Source: Sarea resinae (Eukaryota). Taken from it: DNA of 64,000 bases. Shown one piece after another: positions 1 through 12,404 of the stretch. Numbering within the stretch: position 1 is the first letter of the stretch; every line of letters starts with the position of its first letter. The position numbers and the translations under genes were made by a program. The DNA is taken from positions 124,001 through 188,000 of the forward strand of contig JAPEUD010000002.1 in assembly GCA_026026165.1 (NCBI GenBank), read 5' to 3'. Below the pieces are notes generated by a model. It was not told the DNA's origin. It was given only the letters and a program-made list of their open reading frames with translations, and did not search any database.

Positions 1-1372
1 GATAATACAAACAATACGCTCAGCTATAATCTAGAAGAAGATAATGCTAATAAAGGCAATGCTAACAGTGACATTGCAGAAGAAGAAGATAAAACTGCTC
101 GAAGACAATACTCTAGGTGACAATTCAGAAATACAACCCCCTTAAAGAGAATATTCTAAAGGACAATCCCCTAGATGACAAGCCCCTAGAGAACGAAGAT
201 CTGGACAATACGCAGGAATGCACAATCGCCTTCAGACGACAAACCTCCAGACGACGAAACTCTAGGCGACGAACCTCTAGACGACGAACCTCTAGATGAT
301 GATCCTCCACATGATGATCTTCTAAATGATGCCGATGACACCCAAGAGAGAACCAATTAATCATGTGCGAAATATGCACATAGAGAAGACAGTCCCAGGA
401 CAAAGCGCGGATTTGGCCACTAGGGCCACTAGTGAAGTGGCCCAAGTCGACCACGATACTGGAGTGGTGGCGAAGCGGCATGGAGGGACGATCATTCTCA
501 TTTCAACAGATAAGGTAGAAGGGCGTTATCACTATCGCAGCATCCCAAATTTCGGCGAAACTTCACCGTGATAGGCTGGCTCCTTTTAATGATCATCAAA
601 ATAGCCATGAAGCTACTGTCATTAACAAACAAGGAAGCCGAACGAGTCAATTATCATCGAAAAAACCAAAAGAGCACGACACGTTGTCTAATACAGCTAA
701 CTTGGAGCGAGATACTAAAATTGATGCAGATTCTAAGGCAGAGGTAGTGCTGATATCTAACAAATCAGATTCTAATAGAGTAGATACTAAGTAGGGCTTT
801 GTGTAGGAAGTAGATCGTACTACTAGCTTAGCTTCTCTAACTAGTATTGCTAACGCGCAGGAAGTAATGCTAGCCTGGACTAATTTCAAAAGTAAAGCGA
901 AGTCCCAGAAGCCTTCCTTCAAGACCATCTACTGCCAAGTTCGGAATGTGGCCCTAACGCTTCAGACGAAGAGTGAGCGCCTTGCTGTTATAAATTGACA
1001 GAAGTCTGCATATTGTTTGCAAAGTACGCGCCTACCACGAAGCTCCCAGAGTCTACGGAAAAGAGATGCGAGGAGACGAAGACAGACCATGTGCGGGATA
1101 TTGAAGCCCTTGAAGTCGCCCGAGCTAAGGAGCTTCAGGGAATGCGGGCGAGCCATGCGTGAGGAAATGCAAGCTTTCGAAGCAACCAGGTCAAGGAATG
1201 CGAGACGACTCACATAAAGCATCTACAAGGGCATAGGGAAGAGCATGCAGAGACCGTGAAAAGCATGTTGACTAAGGCAAGACAAAAGGAAGAAGCTCCC
1301 ATTGCTGCCGGTACAAAGGCTGGTCAATCGGAAGCTCAGTCATATGACGGGGTTCAGCGAAGCAGTATTTGA
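1..1372 (+). pseudogene. RIP/frameshift-damaged gene: acidic low-complexity region then coiled-coil-like C-terminus; 5' end outside window
   Basis: Protein-like reading (DNTNNTLSYNLEEDNAN..., HVRDIEALEVARAKELQGMRASHA) broken by TAA/TAG stops explicable as CAA/CAG->TAA/TAG and by frame changes; TpA-rich at the left end. Confidence 0.45.
229..333 (+). repeat. Degenerate 15-nt tandem repeat (~7 copies, cctctagacgacgaa-like, encoding PxDDE/D)
   Basis: ctccagacgacgaaa ctctaggcgacgaac ctctagacgacgaac ctctagatgatgatc ctccacatgatgatc seen directly. Confidence 0.8.
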
Positions 1373-2312
1373 GTGGTAAGGGACCACAATCGTTTCTAGA
1401 CATCCATGCAATTACCAGCATCAGTGATCAATCGAGTTTAGTTCAATTTTCTTGTGTGACCGAACCTCTTAACAGACAAAGCTCAGGGATCTTTCTGCAC
1501 TAAAACTATATGTAAACACTGTAGATAAGCAGAGAATGCTTTGTCATTCTATTTCTTGTGTGAGGGTCAAGACTACCTTTCTGAAATCATGGATCATCAA
1601 AAGAATCAATATAAAATTGACATATTTGACAACTGATTTCAAAAGGCAGATATATTGCAGAGCTAAAATTCATTTCAGGGTAAAAGATATGTGCTTCTTA
1701 TTCTGGAAATGCTTGACCTTGGAATCATAGATCTGATCAATGCAGCGACGGATCCTAGTGAGCCTGAGGATTGGTGTCGTTGGCTAGAGGACTTGTGTTG
1801 CTGCGATCATGGGTGATAGGCAGGGTAAGGCGTTTGGTCTGCAATTCCGCGACGATGTATTGATCCGAAGGAAGATGGTGCTTTCGATATGGAGTGAGTC
1901 TGTGCGGCTATCCTTTCTGTGAAATCCTGAATAGCTATCCTAGTCGCGGAACGAAGTGTAACTAGGTAAGGTAGATAAAGATCGATTATCGTTAGTCTGT
2001 AATGTTGATCGTCTGATAGGGCGGGAAACATGTCTCGGGAGCGGCATCTTGTACTTCTAGTAGCCGGAGCGCCATCCTCAGCTGTGCCGTGAAAGTAGCG
2101 GCATCTTCGCACCATATCATGAGGTATCTAGGCAGCAGCGACGGCGTCTGATTTATAGAAGGGTGCGTCCAGCATGCATGGACGTTGCGGGGCCAATGAA
2201 ACTCATACCAATTCGACTATATAGAGACCGCGTCCCTGCCCACCTGGAGCAATAAGCGGATAAAGATGGCTCACTTTTTTGTATCTAGATCTAGTCAACC
2301 TCGTTTTGTGAT

Positions 2313-3335
2313 ATGATGGCTGCTTCCAGTAAGACATCACCGTTCCTTGCCCTCCCGCTCGAGATGCGGAATCAGATATATATCGCGCTTCTCGCACCGT
2401 CCAAGCCTCCTGTGATTTATACCGGTGATCACAGGGTCTCCGCCAACGGAGAGAACGAGGTACTCACAAACATCTGTCCCGCTATATTGCGCGTGAACCG
2501 GCAGATTTATGCAGAAGCGCGGCCGATTTTGTACAACAATAGTCCCTCCAACCCCTTCAGGATATGCCTCCCGCACGCCCCACGGCCAAGTTCATGCAAC
2601 ATAAAACCCCTCACCAAACCGAAAATCGAGGACTACCCGGAGGATTGGCAGGAGGTTTACCGATTGGAGCCGCGTGCGCCAGGGGCATTCTTCAAGTCGT
2701 ATGATGGAGAGGAGATGCCCGAGGACAACGAAATCCCTTTGAGGGGCAAGGACGGATGCTACTATCCTGCACAACAGAAGCATTGTTCCGAAGGGAAAAT
2801 ATGGCCGCACGTGTTGAGACGACTTCGACATATCGAGGTGATCATCTCGACGCATGCCATTTGGAACCACGGTCAGAGATCAATCATGTATCTTGCGTTC
2901 GCACTCCCACTCCTCATTGACATTATTCGGTGTCTCGCTGAGGACGACGAGAGAGAGTCCGGAAGCGACGCCGAAAATGAAGCGGATGTTGGTCGGACCC
3001 CGGGCAATGCCCCGAAAGCCAACACCGAGCAGGAGAAGGAAAACAGCAATAAGAAGAAAGCATTGACTATTTCCCCCGCACTACCTGCGGGGAATGGAGA
3101 CTGCTCTAGCTACCACGACGTAGACGAGCTTTATCCACACATTTTCATCGAGGAAGATGGTTGGAAGTCCGAGGATATTAGTGAGTTCTGTCATTTCTGC
3201 CAAGAGGACTGGAAGGGGCATATAGAGGCTATGTTTGCATCATTAGAGAAATTGCGGAAGAGGCGCGTGGTGGTAATGAACGAAACGCCGCCGGTGGGAC
3301 TGTGGAACATCGTGCTCGGGGGGCGCTCCCATTGA
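2313..3335 (+). CDS. Fungal F-box-like protein (DUF7730-type 'FLxLPxEIRxxIY ... ILRVNRQIYxEA' family)
   Basis: 340-aa ORF with SPFLALPLEMRNQIYIALL and PAILRVNRQIYAEARPILY motifs. Confidence 0.7.
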   Translation: MMAASSKTSPFLALPLEMRNQIYIALLAPSKPPVIYTGDHRVSANGENEVLTNICPAILRVNRQIYAEARPILYNNSPSNPFRICLPHAPRPSSCNIKPLTKPKIEDYPEDWQEVYRLEPRAPGAFFKSYDGEEMPEDNEIPLRGKDGCYYPAQQKHCSEGKIWPHVLRRLRHIEVIISTHAIWNHGQRSIMYLAFALPLLIDIIRCLAEDDERESGSDAENEADVGRTPGNAPKANTEQEKENSNKKKALTISPALPAGNGDCSSYHDVDELYPHIFIEEDGWKSEDISEFCHFCQEDWKGHIEAMFASLEKLRKRRVVVMNETPPVGLWNIVLGGRSH

Positions 3336-4159
3336 GTGAATTTGGCGGTGGAGAGAAAGAGAAAGGCAAGAGACTAGATGACGTATCTAGGCTTAGGTTT
3401 CAGGAGAATGTGCGTACAGGAGTAAGTCCCTCCATATTCTTGACAGCTTGTGGTAAAGAGGCCGAAATTGTATGGGCTAGCATTTCAGTATCGAAAATTT
3501 CAAGGGCTAAAATAGAGTCTGAATGACCAATCGACTTTTCGACGCGATTGTAGAGATTCAACTGACTGCATGAAATTCGAGATACACGCAATGACGAGTT
3601 TAACAGATAGTTTACTTACCCCTACAGTAAGATATCTGCTCGATGACTTTCCTCTGCCCATTGAGTGAAGAGTCTTGGCGCGGAGTTTTGCCCAACGTCT
3701 CAATTGAAGAACCATGGAGGTGGTGGCTAGGTGTGACACGTTCGACGAACATTGTCTTGACTTTTTTTTATTGAACGTCTCGATAGCAAGATGCCACGGA
3801 CTCGCCGCAGACAAGCCGCAGACAAGCCGCTATGAGGCGTTCCACGGTCTCTTGGAAGACATTTCTTCTCATTATCAATGAACGTTTCAAACCTAGCATG
3901 CCGGGCAGCCACGGTACCGCCGTCAAGATTGCTGAAATGTACAACGAACTTCACCTAGAAACTGCCTTGCTTTATGCTTTATTTCCTTGAACGTGGCATC
4001 ACAAGCTGCGCCGCGAGCCCTTATTCGCGTCCCCTCCACTGATGTTGAGACGTTCGACGATGTCTCTTGAGAACTACTTCTTGCATAATACTTAGATAGT
4101 CCGACTGATACAGATTGCTGTTCCCGAAGAAGCGTAGCCCTGATAACATGTGTGCGACG

Positions 4160-4481
4160 AAGGCGCCATGTCAGGCTGTAGCTAGTTCAATCCATGCACC
4201 GTGCTCTCGAAGCGGTCGCCAACCGCTATGTGAGCGAGTGCATCTGCGCCTAACGCCACGATGATGCCCGTGAAATCACATCGATTGATAGTGCCGGCCG
4301 CAGCACTGTGGTCAGGCATCTTCGCATCGGTCGAGTTCATGGCGACGGTGGCCGTCTTAACAATGGCCACATCGGGGCCAAGCGCGGGCACGGGGGCGTC
4401 GTCTGGCATTGCGAGCTACCCGGGCCCTGGGGCAATGAAGTTCGACAGGGGACGGGGTAATGAGATCGTTTCCGACGGCAT
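4160..4481 (-). pseudogene. N-terminal remnant of a trans-acting enoyl reductase (LovC-like MDR)
   Basis: MPSETISLP..IAPGPG*LAMPDDAPVPALGPDVAIVKTATVAMNSTDAK..CDFTGIIVALG..VGDR..VHGLN*; in-frame stops at 4416-4418 and 4182-4184; NADPH-binding half absent. Confidence 0.75.
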
Positions 4482-4826
4482 CGCGATGTAGTGAGAACGG
4501 GAAGATCTGATCTTCCCCATCAACACTCGCACGACCGGCTGCTTCTATTGATACCGCCTAAAGATGTAATGACGGAAGTGAAGCATATAATCTGCCGACG
4601 TGCGAATCTCTTCAAGTCTCATGACTGCGTAGTCAGCTTGACTATCTTTCAATGTCAAACAGGTACACGATCGACAGAATCTATCTGCCCCAGGCCTGCC
4701 AAGCATACTCCTAATCCCACTCCTAACGACATTGATGCTCTCGTGCATGATCACTTTACTTGGCCTCCAAAAGTGCCGGTGTAACGCATCCTCACTCAAC
4801 TTTTATCTTCCACGGCCCGAGTATTG

Positions 4827-6026
4827 CTAATCGATCAACATTCGCCACTTCTTCAGAAACCAAGGCGCGACTTCCCAGCTTCGTATATCCCAAGGCTGCT
4901 TAATCCTCTGTCCATCCCCATGGGAATAACAATACAAGCCATCTCTGAGAACATCCTTCTTGAGCTCCATAGGATGGAAGAGTTGAGGCGCAGTGGCTGC
5001 AAACGTGATTGCACGAGCGCGGAATGCAGGAAAAGGTAGCAAATCGAGATATGGGTGATGTGGGATAAGGATTTGTTGCAAGGTTGGCTGCAAATGCATT
5101 GGTATCCAGGGTTTGCGGGCTGCGGCGAGAAGGGCTTGGGGATCATCTGCCATTGTTGTGTTTGGGCGGTAGAATGGCGATCTGTTATTCCAGAGGTCCT
5201 GAAGTTTTAGACCGATGCAAGGCGCAGTGTAGAAATACGCTAGTAATGTTGCTGTCAAAGAACACTGAAGGAAGTTCAAATATGGATCGGGAAGGGAAAG
5301 AGTCGAGCTGCTACGAGAGCTTATCGGGATCCGATGTCCATACAGAAATTTTGATAATCCGGAGATGACTTCCTCGAATGCCGGAAATCGGCTCGAAGGT
5401 GCATCCATCACAGTATCTGGTGAATCTCCAGGGGTCATCAAAATGCTATATGTGTAATTTTGTGGATAACAGTCAGAGTTTTGCTCTGAGTTCGATAGCT
5501 GTAGTTGGACGTCTACTGGTCTCTCTTCAAGAAGTTCTTGCTGGGGGGTATAGCGGACTAGTGGTGAGGCATTCATAGACACAGGCCAATGGGAAGAATT
5601 GAACATGCTCAAAGGGTCCTGTTCCGTTATGGGACTGTCAGGAAAGTTCGATACAGGAGGTCCACTCGCTGATCCTGCCTGAGCTGCGGCTTGGAATAAT
5701 GTGCCACCGTAGCCAGCTGAATCAATCCTTATGCCTGAATCCACGCCAAGGAAGGCTGTGGGAGCCATTGACGGAGACGGCATTTCATTGGCATTGATTC
5801 CATCGCCAGCAACGAAGTCATTCGTTATGCATCTGGTATTCAGAGACCGAAAATGGTCTGATTGCAAAGCATTAGCACAGAAGAGAGCGTCGCAATCGCT
5901 TTGCGTCTGCGGCTCTACTGTTGCAACCCGAACGGCATCGATCGGCATCATCTTCTTCGTCTGCGGCAGCGTTCCTCGAGGCTCTCGAGGCTGACGAGAC
6001 CTGAGTTGACGCTGCTTCCCTGGCAA
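4827..6026 (-). CDS. DUF3425-containing (bZIP-associated) transcription factor; N-terminus/basic region degenerate, possible pseudogene
   Basis: C-terminal LQPTLQQILIPHHPYLDLLPFPAFRARAI...PWDIRSWEVAPWFLKKW is the DUF3425 signature; upstream RVRNQESHRH resembles a decayed basic region with no in-frame ATG before a TGA. Confidence 0.75.
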   Translation of the reverse strand: MPGKQRQLRSRQPREPRGTLPQTKKMMPIDAVRVATVEPQTQSDCDALFCANALQSDHFRSLNTRCITNDFVAGDGINANEMPSPSMAPTAFLGVDSGIRIDSAGYGGTLFQAAAQAGSASGPPVSNFPDSPITEQDPLSMFNSSHWPVSMNASPLVRYTPQQELLEERPVDVQLQLSNSEQNSDCYPQNYTYSILMTPGDSPDTVMDAPSSRFPAFEEVISGLSKFLYGHRIPISSRSSSTLSLPDPYLNFLQCSLTATLLAYFYTAPCIGLKLQDLWNNRSPFYRPNTTMADDPQALLAAARKPWIPMHLQPTLQQILIPHHPYLDLLPFPAFRARAITFAATAPQLFHPMELKKDVLRDGLYCYSHGDGQRIKQPWDIRSWEVAPWFLKKWRMLID

Positions 6027-6852
6027 GCCATGGCGGTGGCTTTCCTGATTCCGAACGCGGTCTCTCGGTCTCTGACCTAGGGATTTGAGTCAATCACGGC
6101 GGCGACTGTAACCATCGCACCGTGGGTGACAAAGTGGAATCAAACTCACGATAGAGTTGTTGAGCAATGCGATTCTGTTCCCTCCGATTGGCGGTGATGA
6201 TTCGCTTTCGAGGTCTGGGGCCACCATCAGCCTCTCTTCCCCCAGAAACACTCATTATTGAGTAGACCGTGGACGCCTTCAGCCCACGGCACGACGGCCA
6301 AATCAGAGCTCAAATCATCACTTGCGTATACTTGCTTATGAACCAAGCGGCTGCACCCCGAAAACGACCATGTGCAGTAGTAGGAATGGGAGCTTTTCAT
6401 AAAATCCAGCCTGACTGATCAGATGCATGGACCGGGATGAAACATAGTCACTTCTGAAAGGATGAATCAGCAGACAAGGGGCGGCGTCCTGAGGGGACTG
6501 CCACTTCAAGCGGATAGAGTGGGTAGAAGAACACTGTGGGGGTCATCCACCAACCCAGAGTCAAGTCTTGGCAAATGATGGATTGAAGGAATATTTACAA
6601 AAAGAAATTTCACCTCCAGCTAACGTGCTCGTTTGATATCTGGACTGGACGATCATACACGGACCAACCCACTGCAGTCCCATCACCGAAAAAGTCTTCG
6701 CTGCGTGCAACTCACCACAATCACGCTGTAATCCATCTTAGAAGTTCTCGTCGAGCTTGAATACATTGAAAATCAGTCCACAATGACGCCGGTATAGATG
6801 CAAGTGAGGATTCGTGAGATGGCCCAAGGTGAGGAGAAGGAAAGAAAATACA

Positions 6853-9800
6853 TCAGTCGCCCAGGGCTCTGCGCAGATCATTCCATTTCTGCTTCAGGGC
6901 CTCGTGATTCGAGTTGATCTGTTAAGAGTTAGTGATGTACAAGTCTTCGAGAGGATGCACTTACCTCAGCATACTGCATCTTCGTCTCCACGAGATCCTT
7001 CTCCATCTCTTCCATCTGCTCCTCCAAAGCCTGGTTTTCATTATGGACTTCAAGATTCCGCTTCATGATTCGATCCATTTCCCCCTTGAGCTTCTGCTCT
7101 ACCTCATCAGGCTGCTTCTCCACAACTGCCTTGAGCTCGTCGACCTCACTTCGGAGGCCCTCGTTCTGGTCTTTGAGCTCTTCATTCTCAACTTTGGTGC
7201 GCACAAGCTCCGAGGCGACTTGAACATGCTCGGTGTCAAACTTCTCAACACGTTCCTCGAGAGAACGAACCCTCAAAGCAAGGGATGCGTTGCTCGACTT
7301 TAGAGACTCAACCTCGGCCTCGCGCTCCTTTTCGAGCCGGACCTTTTCCTCCCATTCCGTTGTGTAGAGTTTGAGCATCTCGGGAGTGAGCTTGACGGCG
7401 CACGCATCCTGGACGAGGGTGTCTGCCCGATAGACCTCCTTGTCAACACCGCCTGAGCTGCCGAAGAAGCCAGATTCGAGTAAAGAGTGAGCGGAAGGCG
7501 TTTGGTCGATATAGACATCGAAGAGGCGCTCTTTCAGGAACGTCGATAGCGCTGACATGTCGTTCATTCCAAGTAATGTCTGTGCATTCTTCTGCATGAG
7601 GAGGACACCAAATTTCAAAATTGCGCCTTCGAGTCCTTCGGAAAGAACCAGATCGTACACTCTGAGCACGAGCTGCAAAGGAAAACGGTACGCAAAGAGA
7701 GTAAGGAACCAGGGTGTGGCGTAAAGCTGAGGATTGACGCCGCGTCGATGGAGATGGCAGTAGAGCGCTGGCTCTAGATCTTCCAGAAGTCGCTCAAACT
7801 GATACAGATGGAGGTGAAGCCCTGGCATGTCCTGAATGAACATGTCACGAAGATGATACTGATTCATCAGTCGGACCAAGAGACAAAAAGCCTCATCTTC
7901 GGGCATCTGATTATACATATTAGAATGCATCAAGAGACTAGCAGTAGCAGCTTACATTGAACAAAAGAGGCATGGCAAGGAAATTCATCCCTTGCGCATA
8001 GCCTACCCCTTCGTCGAACAAAGCATAGGCCTTGCAAACCCCAAATAAACCGTCTTGCAACCCCGCACTGACGGTGTACTTCGAGAAACTTGTCCGCGCA
8101 CCAAGATCACGCCTTATTGTCTTTTCTAGCTTGTGAAGGGCCGCTGCGTCCTCCTTGGCCTTTTTCTTCTTCTCCGCCAGCAAAGAAGCTTGTAACTTAG
8201 CTATGACTTCCGGGTCTCTCTCCTGTGAAGGATGAGGTGAGGCAATGCCATTCGTAGCCGTGGTGGCTGGAGTGGACAAATCCGAATGGACAGATGATGC
8301 CGACGACGCCAACGACTCCTTCTCCTTCCCGTGGCCGTTGGCATGGCCATTAGCTTTCTCGGACGAGGATGCGCTTGGCGCAGATATCGTAGCGTGGCTC
8401 ATAGTACTCGATCTGTCCTTCTCCTTGTCCGTACCGCGGGCGACAAGGTCGCGGTAGACACTCTCCAGCTCCTCGTTCTTGCTTTGAGCTAGGACCTGCC
8501 AGACAACTCCTCGAATAGCACTGGGTATACCGCTGGCAATAGCACGACTCAATTCGTCTGCGCTAGTTCGTGCCACCGCAGCTGGTCCTTCGTAAACAAC
8601 GGACTGCCACAAATCCCAATCGACCGGGGCCGCGGGATCGGTCAAAGCGGACGGGCCCGCAGATACGCCGGATGCAGTCCCTGGTGCTAGATTGGGATTC
8701 ACCGGCGGAAGCGGAGGCGTCGAATGCCCCCCATGAGCAGAAGTCCCGGCGAGGCCGCCCTCCTTTTCGTCCGCGACGTTGGTGGGGTTGCCGATCCCGA
8801 GCCCTACATTATTAGTACTCTTCCCAATGAGACCAGCAATTGCTCCTCCGCTTTCATGTTGCTGCCCGCTTGCGTCCTGATCCAATGAGGTTATGCCAGC
8901 TTCCTCTCTCATCCGTAAAAGTTTGAAGCGGTCTCGCAGACTGTTTCTCCCGGAGCCTCTCGAACGATGGCCAGAGCTATCGGAATCATGGCCGTCTTCG
9001 ATTCTACTAAGCATCAATTCAGGGTTACTACTAATGGTTGCCATGGAAGATGCCGTGTCTCTCCGAGTGGTTCTGGCCGATGCCGCGGGTAGAGGTGGGG
9101 AAGTGACGTGATTGGAACTCGAACTTCTAGACAGCCAAGCAAACGGACTGGTAAGTTTTCTCGCTGGAGCAGGCGGTGGAAGTGTCTTCTCCAGTGGGGG
9201 TGGTGCCGATGGTGGTGGAGCCCACGGGACAGATGGCAAAGCCCCTGATAGGCCCTGGGACTTGGGAGGAGAGCCTGTTGAGCCTCTGGGAGGGAGCTGT
9301 GGTGGTGGATACATGACAGGAGGATTAGGCCCAGTTAGTTGAGTCGACGACCTTGACCGTGTCAATGTGCCCTCGTTTCCGTTCTCTTCGAGATTCACGT
9401 CGTCCAAGGAAGTCGTCGAAATTCGATGCGAGGTCAGAAGCGGTGACTTGGGTTGGGTATAGCCAGCTTCATGTGTCGTCTCAAGTTCTTCATCGGGAGA
9501 GGCCCCATCGTCGTGTGGAATTGCTGGGACTGGAGGTACCTTGGAACTGTGGCGTTGAGAAGCTGTGGTGGACGATGAGGAAGGGCGACGGTCGGTCAAC
9601 GATCTCGTGGTAGGAACTTGAGAGGAGCTGCGACTAGGAGGGAGCGACGCAGAGTCGGGAGCATCTTCAAACGTTTCCTGCCAGCACAATCCAACATTAG
9701 CACTGTCCTGGCAATCAATTTAGACGCGAGAGTTTTAACAAGGCCTTGAAAGCTTCTCATCACTGATTGCAATACGGTGTCTATGATTCAAGGCCACCAA

Positions 9801-9889
9801 GGGGCATCTGGCTGCAGCATTCAAGGAAGTGAACTTACCCCTTCGCGATCTGAATTGTTCCCGCTATCCATCTTGAGATCTTCTTTCAT
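6853..9889 (-). CDS. GYP5: TBC-domain Rab GTPase-activating protein (Gyp5-like), 4 exons
   Basis: IRRDLGART, GYAQGMNFLAMPLL, YATPWFLTLF TBC motifs; C-terminal coiled coil; introns approx. 9678-9838, 7907-7955, 6918-6964; ends NDLRRALGD*. Confidence 0.9.
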
Positions 9890-12404
9890 GTTCTCGCTAC
9901 TTGGGTTGTGAATGTCTAGACTTCCCGAGGCAGGAATTCGTTGCCCAGCGGATTCGCTGGTGGGTGATGAGAGAGCGGCGCTGCTGTCGACGGCTGATCC
10001 CCTGAGGAGCAATCCGACACTCGCGATCTATCTAACAAGGGAAAATCGAGATGGCCAAGCTCAAAGACAGCACGGCAATGCTTTTTCGATCCGAAAGGCG
10101 GAAATAACAAGGAGTTGTATGGCGTGGAGGAATTCAAGAGCCGGTAGGTTTGATCGGGGGCAGTGTTTCCCGATTTGGACCACTTGCTAACCACAACGAA
10201 GAGGGAGGGAAAGCGAATATGGCGACCAGCGTCAATCCCCGAGATAGGTATGGATAATGATTCTCGAGCTCCCACCGTAAATGAGGGTTGGGGAAACTGG
10301 AGAGATGATGATGATTGCTCTACGACAATAATGATAGTTGGCAGGAGCTGGAGGTTTACGGATATCCCATGTTAGATCGTGTACGACGACGGTGACTTGC
10401 CCAAAGTATTTGTTTTTGGTTGGTGGTACTCGGCCGTTCAGCAAGACGAACGGTTGCGGCGCGCGGGATGCCTGTCTCAAGGGGTCAGTACCGAGGGTAC
10501 GCACGGGCTGTATCTGTGAGCATGGACCCTCGACCAGGGGAAGGGGGGGGTGAGACGAAGTCGTTTGTTTCACCTTTGGGCTGTGGATTCGAGGAAGAGC
10601 AACAAGTCCTCAAGCAACTGCTGCGAAAAGATAATATAGTCGATCAGGCTGGCTTGGTCTATTCGGGTTCTCTTGTCTGTATCAAATTCTGGATTCATTC
10701 TTTGATTTATTATACTTTGATATTGTAGGCGAATGAGGTAGCTCCTATCTATCTGAGCATCAACACAATAATAAATGCGTCTTAAAAATTAAAGCAGTCA
10801 TGGGCTTCAGGGACTCTAAGAATTGCTGCTCTAGGGGCAATGCCCTGAACTGTTGAGAGGTAGGTAGGTATTGTACTGGGTCCTTCGATTTGAGCTATAG
10901 AATATGACATGCTCTTGGATCTACTACTCTGATTGACCATTGTCATGTTCGTCCAAGCACGTGAAGAAGCATAAGGTATTTATGTGCGATGTAGGTAGGA
11001 CTTGTACGACATGGATGACAGAGCGCATCAAGACCCAAGATAGACTTTGTCGCTCTTCATACATCCTGCAGCGAGCTACGAATGCATCAGATGATTCGAG
11101 TCCTTAAATCAAGTGAAAGCAAGTCAAACGTGCTGACCGTGCTGGCGGGTCAACCATCTTATTTCCATCTGTTGATGATCAATCTAGCGCAGTGGCATTT
11201 CCGATATCTCGCATGATGCTGGGACATATGCCGGCCACTCTGCTCATACTTGTTTGAGGTGGTCATCTATTGACTGTCCTGAGTTGTACAATCACAGCTC
11301 CAGTAAAGTAACATCTTTTGTCAAGAGAGATCACACCCATGTAGCTGGAGTGGGAGTGTGCATCTGACGGATCGGTCCATACAAAGACCGAAGTTTTAAT
11401 TGATAGTACCTAAGCCAGGCAACACGCAAATGCTAGCGGATGATATGAACTATGATGCTTCTATAATTCCTTATTTTCTTCTACCGCAGTCCTGAAAAAG
11501 GAAGTCAATGGAAGCATCCATCCATGTCCACAGAATACCTTGTTGCGGGTAATTGCAAAGCAGAGGTACTTTGCGTGTTAGTACAAAGACTTAAAATCGA
11601 ATGTGTGTCACGCATCTTTTGATGGTATCGAGTACTCATGGTCCAGGCAACTCGGCTCGACATGTTGGCAGAATCAATACGTTCATCGGCTTAGACCCCT
11701 CATACAACAGCATTCACCGCGGCTCCAGGCTGGCGGCAAGAGCTTACCTTGACCTCGTCCCGTACCGTAGAAGTGAGAGCTGGAGTGACGGATGGTGTCA
11801 GTCACTGCAGACTGGCAACCTCGAATTTACTTACCTCACGCATCCATGCCTGTTGCTGTCTGACCTAATAACTGTCCAGCGAATCTTCCGTTCAACCATC
11901 ACAGTTGACAGCTTGAACTTCCAACTCTAGCCTCTCATACCTTCCATATCTTCTTCTCATCCAGACTGTCAACAACACGTCTTAGACCAGACTTTCAGAA
12001 AAGCGACCTGCACCGTTGTTTTCTGCTCCTAGTCTGTCTCTGTCCGTGGGCACTCATCTCTCAACCTCTTTCCATCATTTCGAAAGCCTAGTGTCCTCAC
12101 GCTATCGAATACGCAGGATTCGCCTCTGCAATCGTTTGGATCAAGCTACCTTTAATATTGGCGTCTGCAATCCAAGAGTTACGGTAAGGTGACCCTGATC
12201 TGATCTTACTGACCTCGAGCCTACCTGTCCAGCCTCACTTGGAATCCATACCTAGACGGACCGCATCATTTGCTGTTCTACAAGCTCGCCATCACCTCAT
12301 CGAATGTCACCACCATAAAGCAAACGCAGCGCATTTCGCTTGTTGGCTACTGGGTGGCGCTGGTGAAGAAGATCTGAGGTTTTCTTTCTACGTCAGCCTG
12401 CGTC

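Noticed and set aside
1807..2115. 102-aa minus-strand ORF
   Set aside because: No motif or other coding support
3735..4080. Recurrent ACGTT(C/T)GA motifs and a GCCGCAGACAA tandem as a MITE relic
   Set aside because: No clear terminal inverted repeats or TSD
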